Shown here: positions 28,155 through 37,654 of the stretch, in pieces
How the letters are laid out: each line of letters starts with the position of its first letter
How positions within the stretch are numbered: position 1 is the stretch's first letter
Assembly (NCBI GenBank): GCA_030697645.1
Contig: JAUYPI010000004.1
Coordinates: 1,141-65,140 of the forward strand
DNA: 64,000 nucleotides
Direction of reading: 5' to 3'
Source of the DNA: a bacterium
Lineage (GTDB): Bacteria > Patescibacteriota > Minisyncoccia > Phycocordibacterales > VMGT01
Program-made: the position numbers and the translations under genes
The notes under the pieces: model-generated
Databases searched by the model: none
Seen by the model: only the letters and a program-made list of their open reading frames with translations
Told to the model about the DNA's origin: nothing

Positions 28155-28811
28155 ATGCACGCGGTAGACACCATTTTTTTTGTCGTGGTACTCATTATGT
28201 CTGTTGTCGTGCACGAGGTGGCGCACGGCCATGCGGCGAACATGCTCGGCGATCCCACAGCACGGCTCTCGGGGCGTCTCACGCTAAACCCGCTCTTGCA
28301 CATCGACCCCATGGGTTCGATCATTATCCCGCTGCTCCTCATCACGACGAACGCGGGTTTCCTCTTCGGCTGGGCGAAACCGGTGCCGTACAATCCATAC
28401 AACCTCCGTAACCAGCGGTGGGGGACGCTTCTCGTCGGCGGCGCGGGCGTTCTCGCGAATTTTTTCCTCGCGCTCGTATTCGGGCTCCTCGTGCGTTTCT
28501 CTGGCCTCGGCCCGGAGCAGCTGCTTGCTTCAACATTTTTCCGCGCTGCAATCATAATCACTGGTCTCAACATGGTGCTCGGCGTCTTCAACCTGATCCC
28601 CGTGCCGCCGCTTGACGGCTCGAAAGTGCTTTTTTCGCTCTTGCCGTATCATTTGTCGCACATTGAGCGTCTGCTCGAGCAGTACTGGTACCTCTTCCTC
28701 ATCCCCGTTTTTTTATTCGCTGGCTTTATCATCGTGCCGGCGGTGAACGCCGTGTTTTCCCTCATCACGGGTTACTCGCTCGGCCTCTACGTGCTGGCGT
28801 TGCCATTCTAA
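28155..28811 (+). CDS. site-2 protease family zinc metalloprotease (M50B, SpoIVFB-like)
   Basis: HEVAH zinc motif in TM1, polytopic, LDG-containing motif (PLDGSKVL). Confidence 0.75.
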   Translation: MHAVDTIFFVVVLIMSVVVHEVAHGHAANMLGDPTARLSGRLTLNPLLHIDPMGSIIIPLLLITTNAGFLFGWAKPVPYNPYNLRNQRWGTLLVGGAGVLANFFLALVFGLLVRFSGLGPEQLLASTFFRAAIIITGLNMVLGVFNLIPVPPLDGSKVLFSLLPYHLSHIERLLEQYWYLFLIPVFLFAGFIIVPAVNAVFSLITGYSLGLYVLALPF

Positions 28812-29078
28812 CGGGCAGTACGCAACATGCGACAAGCAGACGCTCCCGACATACGGTGTCATACGCAGCAAAAAATTTGACAGAATAAAAACTTGTGCAT
28901 ACTATACTGGAACGCAGTTGAAAATTCTGGTTTTCTTTGAGTTCAGCTGTGCGGCGAGGTGGTGGTCATAGTCAAAAGGTGCCGCGCGTCGACACTTTCT
29001 GGCTATGACTACTATAGTCAGGCCCCTCAACTCACGGGCAGTGAGAAATTTTTTGGCTAGAAGCCAAGAAAGGATCGC

Positions 29079-29705
29079 GTGATGGCCAAATATCCAAAAA
29101 CTCTTGGACGGATTGAAGCGGTGTGGAATAAGCTCGGTGGCGAAGAAGGCGTGGATCGCTTCCTCCGTGGCGAACTCTCGGTTTCCGAACCGGCGCGTCG
29201 TTGGCGAGAGGAGAACGGCGTCATATCCTTCACAGTGATGAGCGACGGCACGACCGGTCCCCGGTGGATTCCACGCCTGGAAAAAAATGGTTTCCATATT
29301 GGAGATCACGCCAAGAATGTGCTCCGCTCTCTGGATTTCAAGCCGACCTCCGGCGTGACGACCGAGATCGAGGTTCTCAAGGGTATCCTCTTTGATTCCC
29401 CGAGTCGGATCACTTCGAAGATTCGCGCCGAGGCCAGAAGGAGGAATCTCGAGAAGCCGAACGCCGAAGTGGCCTGCCTGATCCGCGAGATGTTCCCGGA
29501 CAAAGAGATTGAAGCCATGGGCCTTTGTTTGATCATGGCTATGCACGAACCCATTAAGGATTCCGATGATGATTTGTTGAGACTCCTTATCTCGAGCAGT
29601 CTCGGCCACGGTGGTCGGTGGCTCGGTGCCCTCGAGGACTGGCCCGACGCCGGGCGGTCTCGTGATAGCGGGCTCGCGTTCGCCAAGTCGTCCACCTCCG
29701 CTTAA
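29079..29705 (+). CDS. hypothetical protein (atypical lower-GC codon usage)
   Basis: 208-aa ORF followed by a clean intrinsic terminator; preferred over the antisense ORF 28902-29723. Confidence 0.4.
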   Translation: MMAKYPKTLGRIEAVWNKLGGEEGVDRFLRGELSVSEPARRWREENGVISFTVMSDGTTGPRWIPRLEKNGFHIGDHAKNVLRSLDFKPTSGVTTEIEVLKGILFDSPSRITSKIRAEARRRNLEKPNAEVACLIREMFPDKEIEAMGLCLIMAMHEPIKDSDDDLLRLLISSSLGHGGRWLGALEDWPDAGRSRDSGLAFAKSSTSA

Positions 29706-29786
29706 GCTATGGTGGGCGAGCACATTGGTTCACAAAACTGAGGCTCTCTCAGCTGCAGTTTTTTCTGTTGGTTTGTGATGAGCACT

Positions 29787-29824
29787 TAGCCCTGTCCCGA
29801 TCCGTCGTGACAGGGCTAAATTTT
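29787..29824 (+). terminator. intrinsic terminator (agccctgtc...gacagggct + T5)
   Basis: 9-bp GC stem followed by a T-run downstream of the 29079-29705 gene. Confidence 0.5.
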
Positions 29825-29955
29825 TGCATGGAAATGTAGAAAATGATTGTCTGGCGTGGCATCGGACGTTAAACAGGCCCGGCTGCTTGCGCCGTTTCGG
29901 TTCGTATAGTAGAGTAAATGCCACGCGGACACGCGTGTTTTTTTCTTGCATCGCT

Positions 29956-30363
29956 ATGGCAACGCTCAATCAGCTCGTGCGGCACGGAAGGTCGCGCCCG
30001 ATTAGGAAGGTAAAGACTCCGGCGCTCGGCCGTGGGTTTAATACGCTTAAGAATCGCCCTACATTTTACTCGGCACCATTCAAGCGCGGGGTGTGCGTCA
30101 AGGTGACGACGACGAATCCGCGCAAGCCGAACTCGGCGGTTAGGAAGATCGCGCGCGTGCGGCTCACGAACGGCCAGGAGATTACCGCCTATATCCCCGG
30201 CATCGGGCACAAGCTCCAGGAGCACTCGGTGGTGGTGGTGCGCGGCGGACGCGTGAAAGACATCAACGTGCGCTATACGATCGTGCGCGGCGTGCTTGAT
30301 AGCGAGGCGGTCGAGACCCGCAGGCAGGGGAGGAGCAGGTATGGGGCGAAAAGACCGAAATAA
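29956..30363 (+). CDS. rpsL: 30S ribosomal protein S12
   Basis: [12 protein letters not shown]...[17 protein letters not shown]...VRGGRVKD; start at internal ATG 29956. Confidence 0.9.
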   Translation: MATLNQLVRHGRSRPIRKVKTPALGRGFNTLKNRPTFYSAPFKRGVCVKVTTTNPRKPNSAVRKIARVRLTNGQEITAYIPGIGHKLQEHSVVVVRGGRVKDINVRYTIVRGVLDSEAVETRRQGRSRYGAKRPK

Positions 30364-30366
30364 GTT

Positions 30367-30535
30367 AAATTCGAATATCGAAGCACGAACGTGACGAAAT
30401 CCGAAATTCGAATATCGAAATTCGAAACAATATCGAAATCTAAATGTTCCAATGTTCAAAACACGGTCGTCGTGTTTTCTGGCATTTGGATTTTGGTCAT
30501 TCGAATTTGTTTCGGATTTCGATCTTCTGGTTTCT
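30367..30535. repeat. modular palindromic element (cgaaat/atttcg arrays around caaaacacggtcgtcgtgttttc)
   Basis: Fills the rpsL-rpsG spacer; right arm ends 10 nt before the rpsG ATG. Confidence 0.6.
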
Positions 30536-30545
30536 GATTTAAAAT

Positions 30546-31016
30546 ATGAGACGCAAACTCAAAAAGAAACATGCGCTGGTGCCCGACCTTGAGTATAAAT
30601 CGGAGAAGGTAGCGAAGCTCATCAACGTGGTGATGGAGTGCGGGAAGAAAAATACCGCGCGGCGGGTTGTCTATGACGCCTTCGCGCGCATGAAAGAGCG
30701 CGGCAAGGCTGAGAACCCCCTGGAGGCATTTGAGACTGCGGTGCGCAATGTGGGACCGACGGTTGAGGTGCGCTCGCGCCGTGTCGGCGGCGCGAACTAT
30801 CAGGTACCGCGCGAGGTGCGGCCGAATCGTCGGCTGCAGCTCGCGCTCCGCTGGATTGTGCAGGCAGCGCGTTCCGGTAAAGGCCGCCCCATGTCGGAGA
30901 AGCTCGCGGATGAACTCCTCGCTGCCTCGCGCAATGAAGGCGAGGCCGCAAAGAAGCGCGAGAACGTGCACCGAATGGCCGAGGCGAACAAGGCATTTGC
31001 GCATTTCTCGTGGTAG
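30546..31016 (+). CDS. rpsG: 30S ribosomal protein S7
   Basis: 156 aa with canonical S7 sequence (LINVVMECGKKNTARRVVYDAF...GANYQVP...). Confidence 0.9.
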   Translation: MRRKLKKKHALVPDLEYKSEKVAKLINVVMECGKKNTARRVVYDAFARMKERGKAENPLEAFETAVRNVGPTVEVRSRRVGGANYQVPREVRPNRRLQLALRWIVQAARSGKGRPMSEKLADELLAASRNEGEAAKKRENVHRMAEANKAFAHFSW

Positions 31017-31261
31017 CATGAGCCCATGCTCTTCAACCGCACCGCGCTCGGCTTTATCGTGGGTTTTAGCGCTGTCATCGCGCTGAGTTTCGCTTTGATG
31101 GTGTTTGCCGGAAGACAGGCAGCAGATAAAGAAACGGCCGCACGTGCCGCATCCGAACTCGAAAGCAGACGTTGACATTTATTCGCGGCTCGTGTAGGGT
31201 CTTTATCATAAGATAGAGGCCGAAGAAGCAGATAGGCCGCAGCGCGCCGTGCTCGGCGCGA

Positions 31262-31400
31262 AATTTTCAATTTTCAATTTTCAATTTTCAATCAATGGCC
31301 AATGTTCCAATTTCCAAACACGACGTCGCCGTCCGTCGTTTGAAAATTGCCTCATTGAAAATGTATTGAAAATTGAAAATTGGAAATTGAAAATTCCCGC
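31262..31400. repeat. modular palindromic element ((ttttcaa)n - ccaaacacgacgtcgccgtccgtcgtttg - (ttgaaaa)n)
   Basis: Replaces the expected fusA/tuf position after rpsG. Confidence 0.6.
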
Positions 31401-31522
31401 TGTGTCGAGCTCAGCGAGATGCAGTCATAAATTCTGCGGAGGCACAGGCATCGCGGATTTTTTGCGTGCCCGTACCGATCGGCCCGTGCGGTCGATTTAT
31501 TTTTTGTCTTGTAGCGTTTGAT

Positions 31523-32011
31523 ATGGTTTTGACGCGAGAAAAGAAACAGCGCATTGTAAGCGAGCTTGATGGGATACTCACAAGCGCCACGGCGCTCGTG
31601 TTCGTGAGGTTCCATGGTCTCTCGCTCGCAGATACGACTTCAATGCGGCGGACGCTGCGTGAGAAGGGTGTCGGCTTTCACGTTGCGAAAAAGACGCTGA
31701 TGCACCGCGCACTTCGCGGACGTGAAGTTCACGGCGTATCCCCCGAGCTTCCCGGGGAGGTTGCCATCGCGTATGCCGAGGACGCACTGGCATCCGCGCG
31801 GGAGGTGCACGCTTTCTCTAGGAAGTTCAAGGACGCGCTTACGATCCTCGGCGGCGTGTTCGAAGGGCGATACATCGATCGTGCGGCGGCGCTTGAACTT
31901 GCGACAATTCCATCTCGAGAAACGCTGATCGCGCAGGTCGTACAGCTCATCAATTCACCGCTCTCGCGGCTTGCGGTCGTGGTTGATCAGATAGCAAAGA
32001 GTAGAGAATAA
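31523..32011 (+). CDS. rplJ: 50S ribosomal protein L10
   Basis: MVLTREKKQRIVSELDGILTSATALVFVRFHGLSLADTTSMRRTLREKGV... typical L10; start at ATG 31523. Confidence 0.85.
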   Translation: MVLTREKKQRIVSELDGILTSATALVFVRFHGLSLADTTSMRRTLREKGVGFHVAKKTLMHRALRGREVHGVSPELPGEVAIAYAEDALASAREVHAFSRKFKDALTILGGVFEGRYIDRAAALELATIPSRETLIAQVVQLINSPLSRLAVVVDQIAKSRE

Positions 32012-32079
32012 ATTTATCAGCAGTACTTTTTACCGCTCTATAAAATTTATTAGAGATCAGTACATAAACAGGCGTAAGA

Positions 32080-32198
32080 ATTTTCAATTTTCAATCAATG
32101 ACCAATGTTCTAATTTCAAACACGACCACGACGTCCGTCGTTTGAAAATTGTCTCATTGAAAATGTATTGAAAATTGAAAATTGAAAATTGAAAATTT
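32080..32198. repeat. modular palindromic element (copy nearly identical to 31262-31400)
   Basis: ttttcaa arrays + caaacacgaccacgacgtccgtcgtttg core; between rplJ and rplL. Confidence 0.6.
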
Positions 32199-32213
32199 GA
32201 ATGCTGCATTATT

Positions 32214-32618
32214 ATGCCAGAAGAACAAAATACAACAGAAGTCCCTGTGAAATTCCAGGGGTTCGTCGATCAAATAAAAGGCCTGTCCGTCCTCGAGCTT
32301 CACGAACTCGTGAAGACGCTCGAAGGGGTTTTCGGCGTCTCCGCTGCGGCAGTAGCTGTCGCGGCTTCGGGTGCCGGATCTCTCGAGGGCGAGGCAGTCG
32401 AACAAAAGAGCATCTTTACGGTTGAGCTCACGGAGGCGGGTGGCCAGAAGATCGCTGTGATCAAAGCGGTGAAGGAGGCACTCGGCCTTGGTCTCAAGGA
32501 GGCGAAAGACTTGGTGGAGGGAGCGCCTTCCGAGCTTAAGAAAGACGTGAAGAAAGAAGATGCGGAGAAACTGAAGGCAAAGATTGAAGCTGCGGGGGCG
32601 AAAGTAACTTTAAAGTAG
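32214..32618 (+). CDS. rplL: 50S ribosomal protein L7/L12
   Basis: 134 aa; Ala-rich hinge and conserved C-terminal domain ([34 protein letters not shown]). Confidence 0.9.
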   Translation: MPEEQNTTEVPVKFQGFVDQIKGLSVLELHELVKTLEGVFGVSAAAVAVAASGAGSLEGEAVEQKSIFTVELTEAGGQKIAVIKAVKEALGLGLKEAKDLVEGAPSELKKDVKKEDAEKLKAKIEAAGAKVTLK

Positions 32619-32750
32619 TGCCGTGTCTTGTTTGTTGGCGACGATAATAGTTCATGGATAGTCTTAAGTGTTGTCGGATATCAGGTGACACGAGACGTAC
32701 TGCGCGTGCTCGGCCTTGAGCAAACACACGATTGGGGCTACAATTGTCCG

Positions 32751-33377
32751 ATGGATGTATTTGCAAAACTTTTCGGCAGCGCGGCGAAGGTGCGCATACT
32801 GCGCCTTTTTCTTCTCAACCCTTCGGGAGTGTTCGATATGGCGGCAATTGCGGAGCGCACGAAAGTGCCGCCTTTGACCGCGCGCCGTGAGATTAGTACC
32901 CTCGAGAGTATTGGTTTTCTGCGGAGCCGAACGTATGCTGAAGCGCGCCGGGCCGAGAGTCGCGGCTCCCACGCGAGACGCCGCATGCGTGGCTGGATAC
33001 TCGATGAGCGCTTCCCGCACCGCCCGGCGCTTGAGGCGCTTTTCCTCGGCATGGTGCCGCTCGCGCGGGAGGAAATCGTCCGCCGATTGAGCCGCGCCGG
33101 ACGGCTTAAGCTCATCGTCACGGCGGGCGTGTTTCTCCAGGACCACGACAGCAGGCTCGATCTCCTCGTCGTGGGGGATGGACTCAGGGGCGGGATGCTC
33201 GAGAGCGCCATACATTTTCTTGAGGCGGATATCGGACGCGAGCTTCGGTACGCGTCGTTTAATACGTCGCAATTCAAGTATCGGCTCGGAATGTACGATC
33301 GTCTCGTGCGCGACCTCTTGGACTACCCGCATGAAATAGTGCTCGACCGTCTTGGGCTTGCCGACAAGCGTAGTTGA
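32751..33377 (+). CDS. hypothetical winged-HTH domain protein
   Basis: ArsR-like wHTH segment (AKVRILRLFLLNP...AAIAERTKVPPLTARREISTLESIGFL); start chosen at MDVFAKL; an antisense ORF 32664-33425 also exists. Confidence 0.4.
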   Translation: MDVFAKLFGSAAKVRILRLFLLNPSGVFDMAAIAERTKVPPLTARREISTLESIGFLRSRTYAEARRAESRGSHARRRMRGWILDERFPHRPALEALFLGMVPLAREEIVRRLSRAGRLKLIVTAGVFLQDHDSRLDLLVVGDGLRGGMLESAIHFLEADIGRELRYASFNTSQFKYRLGMYDRLVRDLLDYPHEIVLDRLGLADKRS

Positions 33378-33560
33378 TGCAAGCTGGCGCAATTCCGAAT
33401 TTCTAATCTCTAATTTCGGATTCATGGAAATCGGAAATCAGGAGTTAGCCGCTCGAAATTGCGCTCGCTTTATCCACAGGGAGGATTCGCTATTTGACAT
33501 ACCCCTTATGGTATTATGAATCTGATTAATCAATAGGTCACATTATTCATCTTTATTTAT

Positions 33561-33739
33561 TAGACCTCTTCGGAAATTCCTTTCTGCTGCAATTTCTGAT
33601 TTCTGGCTGCGACTTCGGAAAGTATCGCAAAATGATTCTCGTCGTACAACAAGTACGCCGTCGAATCATTTCGCTCACTTTCCTCGTCTCGCTCAAAAAT
33701 CAGAAATTTCGCCACGAAAGGAATTTCCGAAGAGGTCTA
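33561..33739. repeat. ~180-bp TIR-bounded palindromic element, copy 3 (variant TIR tagacctcttcggaaattcc...ggaatttccgaagaggtcta)
   Basis: TIR stem differs from copies 1/2/6 but stays self-complementary (compensatory). Confidence 0.85.
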
Positions 33740-33753
33740 TTCCAATCAAATTT

Positions 33754-34455
33754 ATGATACTCGAATCGTGGAGTACGGTACTGACCCGCTCTTTTCAGGA
33801 TCTCTCGAGCGGGGTTATTAAGTTCTTGCCGGTGCTCGTTGTGGCGCTGGTTGTCTTTATCGTCGGCTGGGTGGTCGGTGTTGTTTTGGGCAAGGCCGTT
33901 GCCCAGCTCGTTCGGGCGCTGAAGGTTGATAATGCGCTTCGGAGCGCGGGGGTCGAGGAGGGTCTGCGGCGCGCCGGGTTTGCGCTTGATTCAGGCGCGT
34001 TCGTTGGCGGACTCGTCAAGTGGTTTTTGATTATCGTCTTTTTGGTCGCCGCGCTTGATGTTTTGGGGCTTACCCAGGTGAACGCGTTTCTCCAGCAGGT
34101 CGTGCTGCTCTATCTGCCGCAGGTGATTATCGCGGTGCTGATCCTTCTCGTCGCAGCGGTGATAGCTGAGGCCATGCAGAACGTGGTCGTTGGTGCGGCG
34201 AAGGCTGCGAGCGTGACCCACGCACATTTTCTCGGGAGCGTCACGCGCTGGGCAATCTGGGTGTTTGCGATCCTCACCGCGCTCTTTCAGCTCGGCGTCG
34301 CGCAGCCGTTCGTGCAGACGCTCTTTACCGGAGTGGTGATCGCGCTCTCACTTGCGGTCGGACTCTCTTTCGGCCTCGGCGGCCAGCAAGCGGCGTCAGA
34401 GTATATCGACAAACTCCGCAAAGATTTTTCGCACAAGCGAATGGATGGAGAGTAG
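33754..34455 (+). CDS. hypothetical polytopic membrane protein (conserved TM-helix repeat type)
   Basis: 233 aa, 5-6 TM helices; flanked on both sides by inverted copies of the 180-bp element. Confidence 0.5.
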   Translation: MILESWSTVLTRSFQDLSSGVIKFLPVLVVALVVFIVGWVVGVVLGKAVAQLVRALKVDNALRSAGVEEGLRRAGFALDSGAFVGGLVKWFLIIVFLVAALDVLGLTQVNAFLQQVVLLYLPQVIIAVLILLVAAVIAEAMQNVVVGAAKAASVTHAHFLGSVTRWAIWVFAILTALFQLGVAQPFVQTLFTGVVIALSLAVGLSFGLGGQQAASEYIDKLRKDFSHKRMDGE

Positions 34456-34533
34456 AAGGTGAAGAGTGGAAAGCAGAAGACTCCCCTTGCGTTCGGCATA
34501 CGCATGGTGTATTTTGATGTGTACATTTTGCAT

Positions 34534-34714
34534 TAGACTTCTTGCATAACCCGTTTCGTGGCGAGATTTTTGATTTTTGAGCGAGACGAGGAAGACAAGC
34601 AAAATGGTTCGACGGCGTTACTCGGTTGTACGGCGAGAACCATTTTGTGAAGTCTGACGAAGTCGCAGCCAAAAATCAAAAATCGCAGCAGGAGCGGGTT
34701 ATGCAAGATGTCTA
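34534..34714. repeat. ~180-bp TIR-bounded palindromic element, copy 4 (inverted orientation)
   Basis: Reverse complement of copies 1/2; its terminal gcaagATGtcta supplies the first in-frame ATG of the secY ORF. Confidence 0.85.
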
Positions 34715-34725
34715 TACGTTCGATC

Positions 34726-35997
34726 ATGCAAACATTCCTCGCAAAACTCAAACTCATCATTAACGACGCGACGCTCCGGCGCCGGATCATCTTCACGCTC
34801 GCGATGCTCGCGTTGTTCCGACTGTTCGCAATCATCCCGATCCCGGGCATTGACTCGATCGCGCTCGAGCGTTTCTTCTCGCAGAATCAGTTTTTTGGCC
34901 TCATCAACATCTTCACCGGCGGCGGTCTCGACAACCTCTCGATCGTGATGCTCGGCGTCGGCCCCTACATCACCGCCTCGATCATCATGCAGCTTCTCAC
35001 CATGATGTCGCCGCGCTTGAAGGCCCTCTACCACGAGGAGGGTGAGGCCGGGAGGCGGCGCTTCAGCCAGTACTCGCGGCTCATCACGGTGCCGCTCGCG
35101 CTCCTCCAGGGCTTCGGCTTCCTCATCCTCCTTGAGCGCCAGGGCGTTGTCACAGCGCTCGGCACGTTCGAGCTCATCTCAAACGTGATCCTGATTGCCG
35201 CGGGCTCGATGCTCCTCATGTGGATCGGAGAGCTTATTACCGAGTTCGGGATCGGAAACGGCGTCTCGCTTATCATCTTTGCCGGTATCATCTCGCGGAT
35301 CCCCGCAGTCGGCTCACAGCTGATCTTCACCTTCGAGCCATCACAGCTGCCGCTCTATGCGGGGTCGCTCGTTGCGGCGCTCGCGATCATCGCAGGCATC
35401 ATCGCGGTGACCGAGGCTGAGCGGCCGGTGCCGATTACCTATGCGAAAAGAGTGCGCGGCGCGAAAATCTACGGGGGTGTTTCGACGTATCTTCCTCTGC
35501 GGCTCAATCAGGCCGGGGTTATCCCGATCATCTTCGCGCTCTCGATCCTCCTCTTCCCGCAGATGATTGCAAACTTCCTCTCGCAGGTGGATCAGCCGCT
35601 CGTACAGACGATCTCGCGGTTTATCGTCGATGCGCTTGCGCAGCCGGTGCTCTACGGGGTGATGTACTTCATTCTCGTCTTTCTCTTTACCTTCTTCTAC
35701 ACCGCGATTACCTTCGAGCCGGAGGCGATCGCACAGAACTTACAGAAAGGCGGCGCGTTCATACCGGGGGTGCGGCCCGGGCCGCCGACTGCAGCGCACC
35801 TCGGCAAGGTCGTAACGCGGATTACTCTCGTCGGCGCGCTTTTTCTCGGCGTCGTTGCGGTGCTCCCTCTTCTGATGCGGGCTATAACGGGCATCGCTTC
35901 TCTTGCGATCGGCGGGACCGCCGTCATCATCGTCGTGCAGGTCGTCCTCGACCTCGCCCGAAAACTCGACGCGCAGATCGCGATGCGGGAGTACTAA
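34726..35997 (+). CDS. secY: preprotein translocase subunit SecY
   Basis: 10-TM SecY sequence (GIDSIALERFF...GGGLDNLSIVMLGVGPYITASIIMQLL...); start at second ATG outside the repeat; isolated from any r-protein cluster. Confidence 0.9.
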   Translation: MQTFLAKLKLIINDATLRRRIIFTLAMLALFRLFAIIPIPGIDSIALERFFSQNQFFGLINIFTGGGLDNLSIVMLGVGPYITASIIMQLLTMMSPRLKALYHEEGEAGRRRFSQYSRLITVPLALLQGFGFLILLERQGVVTALGTFELISNVILIAAGSMLLMWIGELITEFGIGNGVSLIIFAGIISRIPAVGSQLIFTFEPSQLPLYAGSLVAALAIIAGIIAVTEAERPVPITYAKRVRGAKIYGGVSTYLPLRLNQAGVIPIIFALSILLFPQMIANFLSQVDQPLVQTISRFIVDALAQPVLYGVMYFILVFLFTFFYTAITFEPEAIAQNLQKGGAFIPGVRPGPPTAAHLGKVVTRITLVGALFLGVVAVLPLLMRAITGIASLAIGGTAVIIVVQVVLDLARKLDAQIAMREY

Positions 35998-36012
35998 TGC
36001 TCGGTGCTAAAA

Positions 36013-36087
36013 AAGTGGACATCGAAAGTGGACAAAAAGTGGACATCCGATGTCCCACATGACGATGTCCCACATGAGTCCCACATG
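36013..36087. repeat. iteron-like array: 3x AAGTGGACA then 3x (A)TGTCCCACATGA (inverted), followed by hairpin terminator 36093-36116
   Basis: Direct and inverted 9-12-bp repeats immediately downstream of secY; centre includes GGACATCCGATGTCC palindrome. Confidence 0.5.
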
Positions 36088-36142
36088 AAAAACAGCCCAA
36101 CGCGGTGGTTGGGCTGTTGACTTTTGTGGAAGGGAAAGAACA

Positions 36143-36400
36143 TCAGGGGCAGGGTGCGGTTTCGCTCAACTGTGTAAGGAACTCGCGGGCTTGTTGAACA
36201 CGGCTTTGGTTTGTGGATTTACCGACCATTTCTGGAGCGTGTGTTGACTTTCTCGGGTCGTCTACCTCATCCGCGACCTGTAGAAGCAGCGCCACTAAGT
36301 ATACTTCAGGCTCTTCTTTTGCTTTTTGCCTGAATTTCGCTGAGTGGCGGGCATGAACTCTCTCCATCAAATCCTGCAATACCTCTCGAGATATTTCCAT
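36143..36400 (-). CDS. hypothetical small protein (lower-GC island)
   Basis: 85-aa ORF adjacent to 36412-37233 on the same strand. Confidence 0.3.
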   Translation of the reverse strand: MEISREVLQDLMERVHARHSAKFRQKAKEEPEVYLVALLLQVADEVDDPRKSTHAPEMVGKSTNQSRVQQAREFLTQLSETAPCP

Positions 36401-36411
36401 TGCATTTCCCT

Positions 36412-37233
36412 TTATGCGCTCTCCGTAGTTTCTGATCGCGTCTCTTTAACAATGTTGAGGTTCATGTTAAAGAAGTTTGCTGTCCAAATTTCAACCTCTC
36501 TGCTTTTCGTCGCGATCACATTCTCCCAGAATTTCCGTATGAGGAAACAAAAGACGAACATGCCGGTGTCGTCAACCCATTTCTCCACCTCCTTGGTGAT
36601 GAATTCGTAATGATTGTCAACGAACGCTTTTTTGTGCCTCGGCCATGAGCCATGTACTCTCAAAAACCGCTGCAGCTCTCCCCGCCGCCATGGATACACA
36701 TGATCGAGCCGTCCGTGTTCCGCCATGACCCAGCGAATGATCGCCTGCAACACATCATAACATCCAGACGCTTTCGCTTCTGTCTCGCGTGCGCTTTCCA
36801 TGCGGAAGATGAGCTTCAGGATCTGTGTCCGCTCGTCATCTATTCGTTCAAGGATAGGTAGGTGCTTTTTTTCGGGCGTCTCGTTCAAATATACCCCATC
36901 TACTTCGTACATAGACCACCCCTTGAAGTGTGACTCGTACACGTCAATCCGCTGCCTGGCCTCTTCCACCGAAAAAGTCACTCGTCTCGGCGGTCGTGTG
37001 CGTTCATAGTGCCTCGGGTCAAAAAGCTGCGGGTATTCGCGCATCTCCTCCATGATGGCTTCGGTCCTATCCGGATGGCTTATATATGCCTTTACAAGAT
37101 CCTCATCCAACCCTTCCTTCAGCGCAGCATAAATTTCGCTCTGGTATATGACCCGTTTCGGCAAATGCAGCTCTGCCAGAATTGCCCGGCGGCTGCGAGT
37201 GAATACATACGGCGATATGATGACTTCTGCCAT
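36412..37233 (-). CDS. hypothetical protein (lower-GC island cargo)
   Basis: 273-aa ORF with distinctly lower GC and codon usage than the flanks; no motif recognised. Confidence 0.45.
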   Translation of the reverse strand: MAEVIISPYVFTRSRRAILAELHLPKRVIYQSEIYAALKEGLDEDLVKAYISHPDRTEAIMEEMREYPQLFDPRHYERTRPPRRVTFSVEEARQRIDVYESHFKGWSMYEVDGVYLNETPEKKHLPILERIDDERTQILKLIFRMESARETEAKASGCYDVLQAIIRWVMAEHGRLDHVYPWRRGELQRFLRVHGSWPRHKKAFVDNHYEFITKEVEKWVDDTGMFVFCFLIRKFWENVIATKSREVEIWTANFFNMNLNIVKETRSETTESA

Positions 37234-37432
37234 TCGCTACCTCCCCTGATTTTTAACAACGAACATCTTCCTCGGACTCATCCCACGCTGCTTTATATCT
37301 ATGGAAATGTCAAGCTCCGCGGGACTGGCCGATGTGTTGGTCATAAGGATGTCTAACATTATAGCTGGCCGTGTCAGTCATCCGATGTCACACACAGCAG
37401 TTGTGTGTCATCGGACGTCGGACATTGCAGCG

Positions 37433-37640
37433 TTGACAACCACGGCGCGAGCCGTAGACTGAAAACATAAAAAAGTTCTACATCTCTCTCGCCACCCTCT
37501 GTATTTTGTCGGCGGTGTTTGGTATTTGGACAGCGAGCCGCGCGGGTAGCGAAGAGATCAGTGCATGCGTCGGCACCTCTGGCCTCATGCGCTCTCTCGC
37601 GAGCGGCGAGTGCCGTCGCGGAGAAACGGGATTTAAATAG
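37433..37640 (+). pseudogene. duplicated 5' fragment (upstream region + first ~55 codons) of the secreted-protein gene at 40165; start codon mutated (ATG to ATA)
   Basis: ~90% identity to 40133-40330 (ttgacaaccacggcgcga...aaaaagttctacatctctctcgcca...), reading KKFYISLATLCILSAVFGIWT... then premature stop. Confidence 0.6.
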
Positions 37641-37654
37641 CCGAGGAGGTAGCC

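Noticed and set aside
30364-31522. Expected fusA/tuf after rpsG and rpoB after rplL
   Set aside because: No ORF with EF-G/EF-Tu GTPase motifs or RNA polymerase beta motifs exists in these spacers, which are occupied by palindromic elements. Absence is reported as a finding, not a feature.
4735-32198. CRISPR array hypothesis for the short tandem repeats (ttgaaaa/caatttt/ttcgaaat arrays)
   Set aside because: Repeat units are 7 nt with no unique spacers of 25-40 nt. Arrays occur as inverted pairs around palindromic cores, and no cas genes are present. They are modular palindromic elements, not CRISPR.
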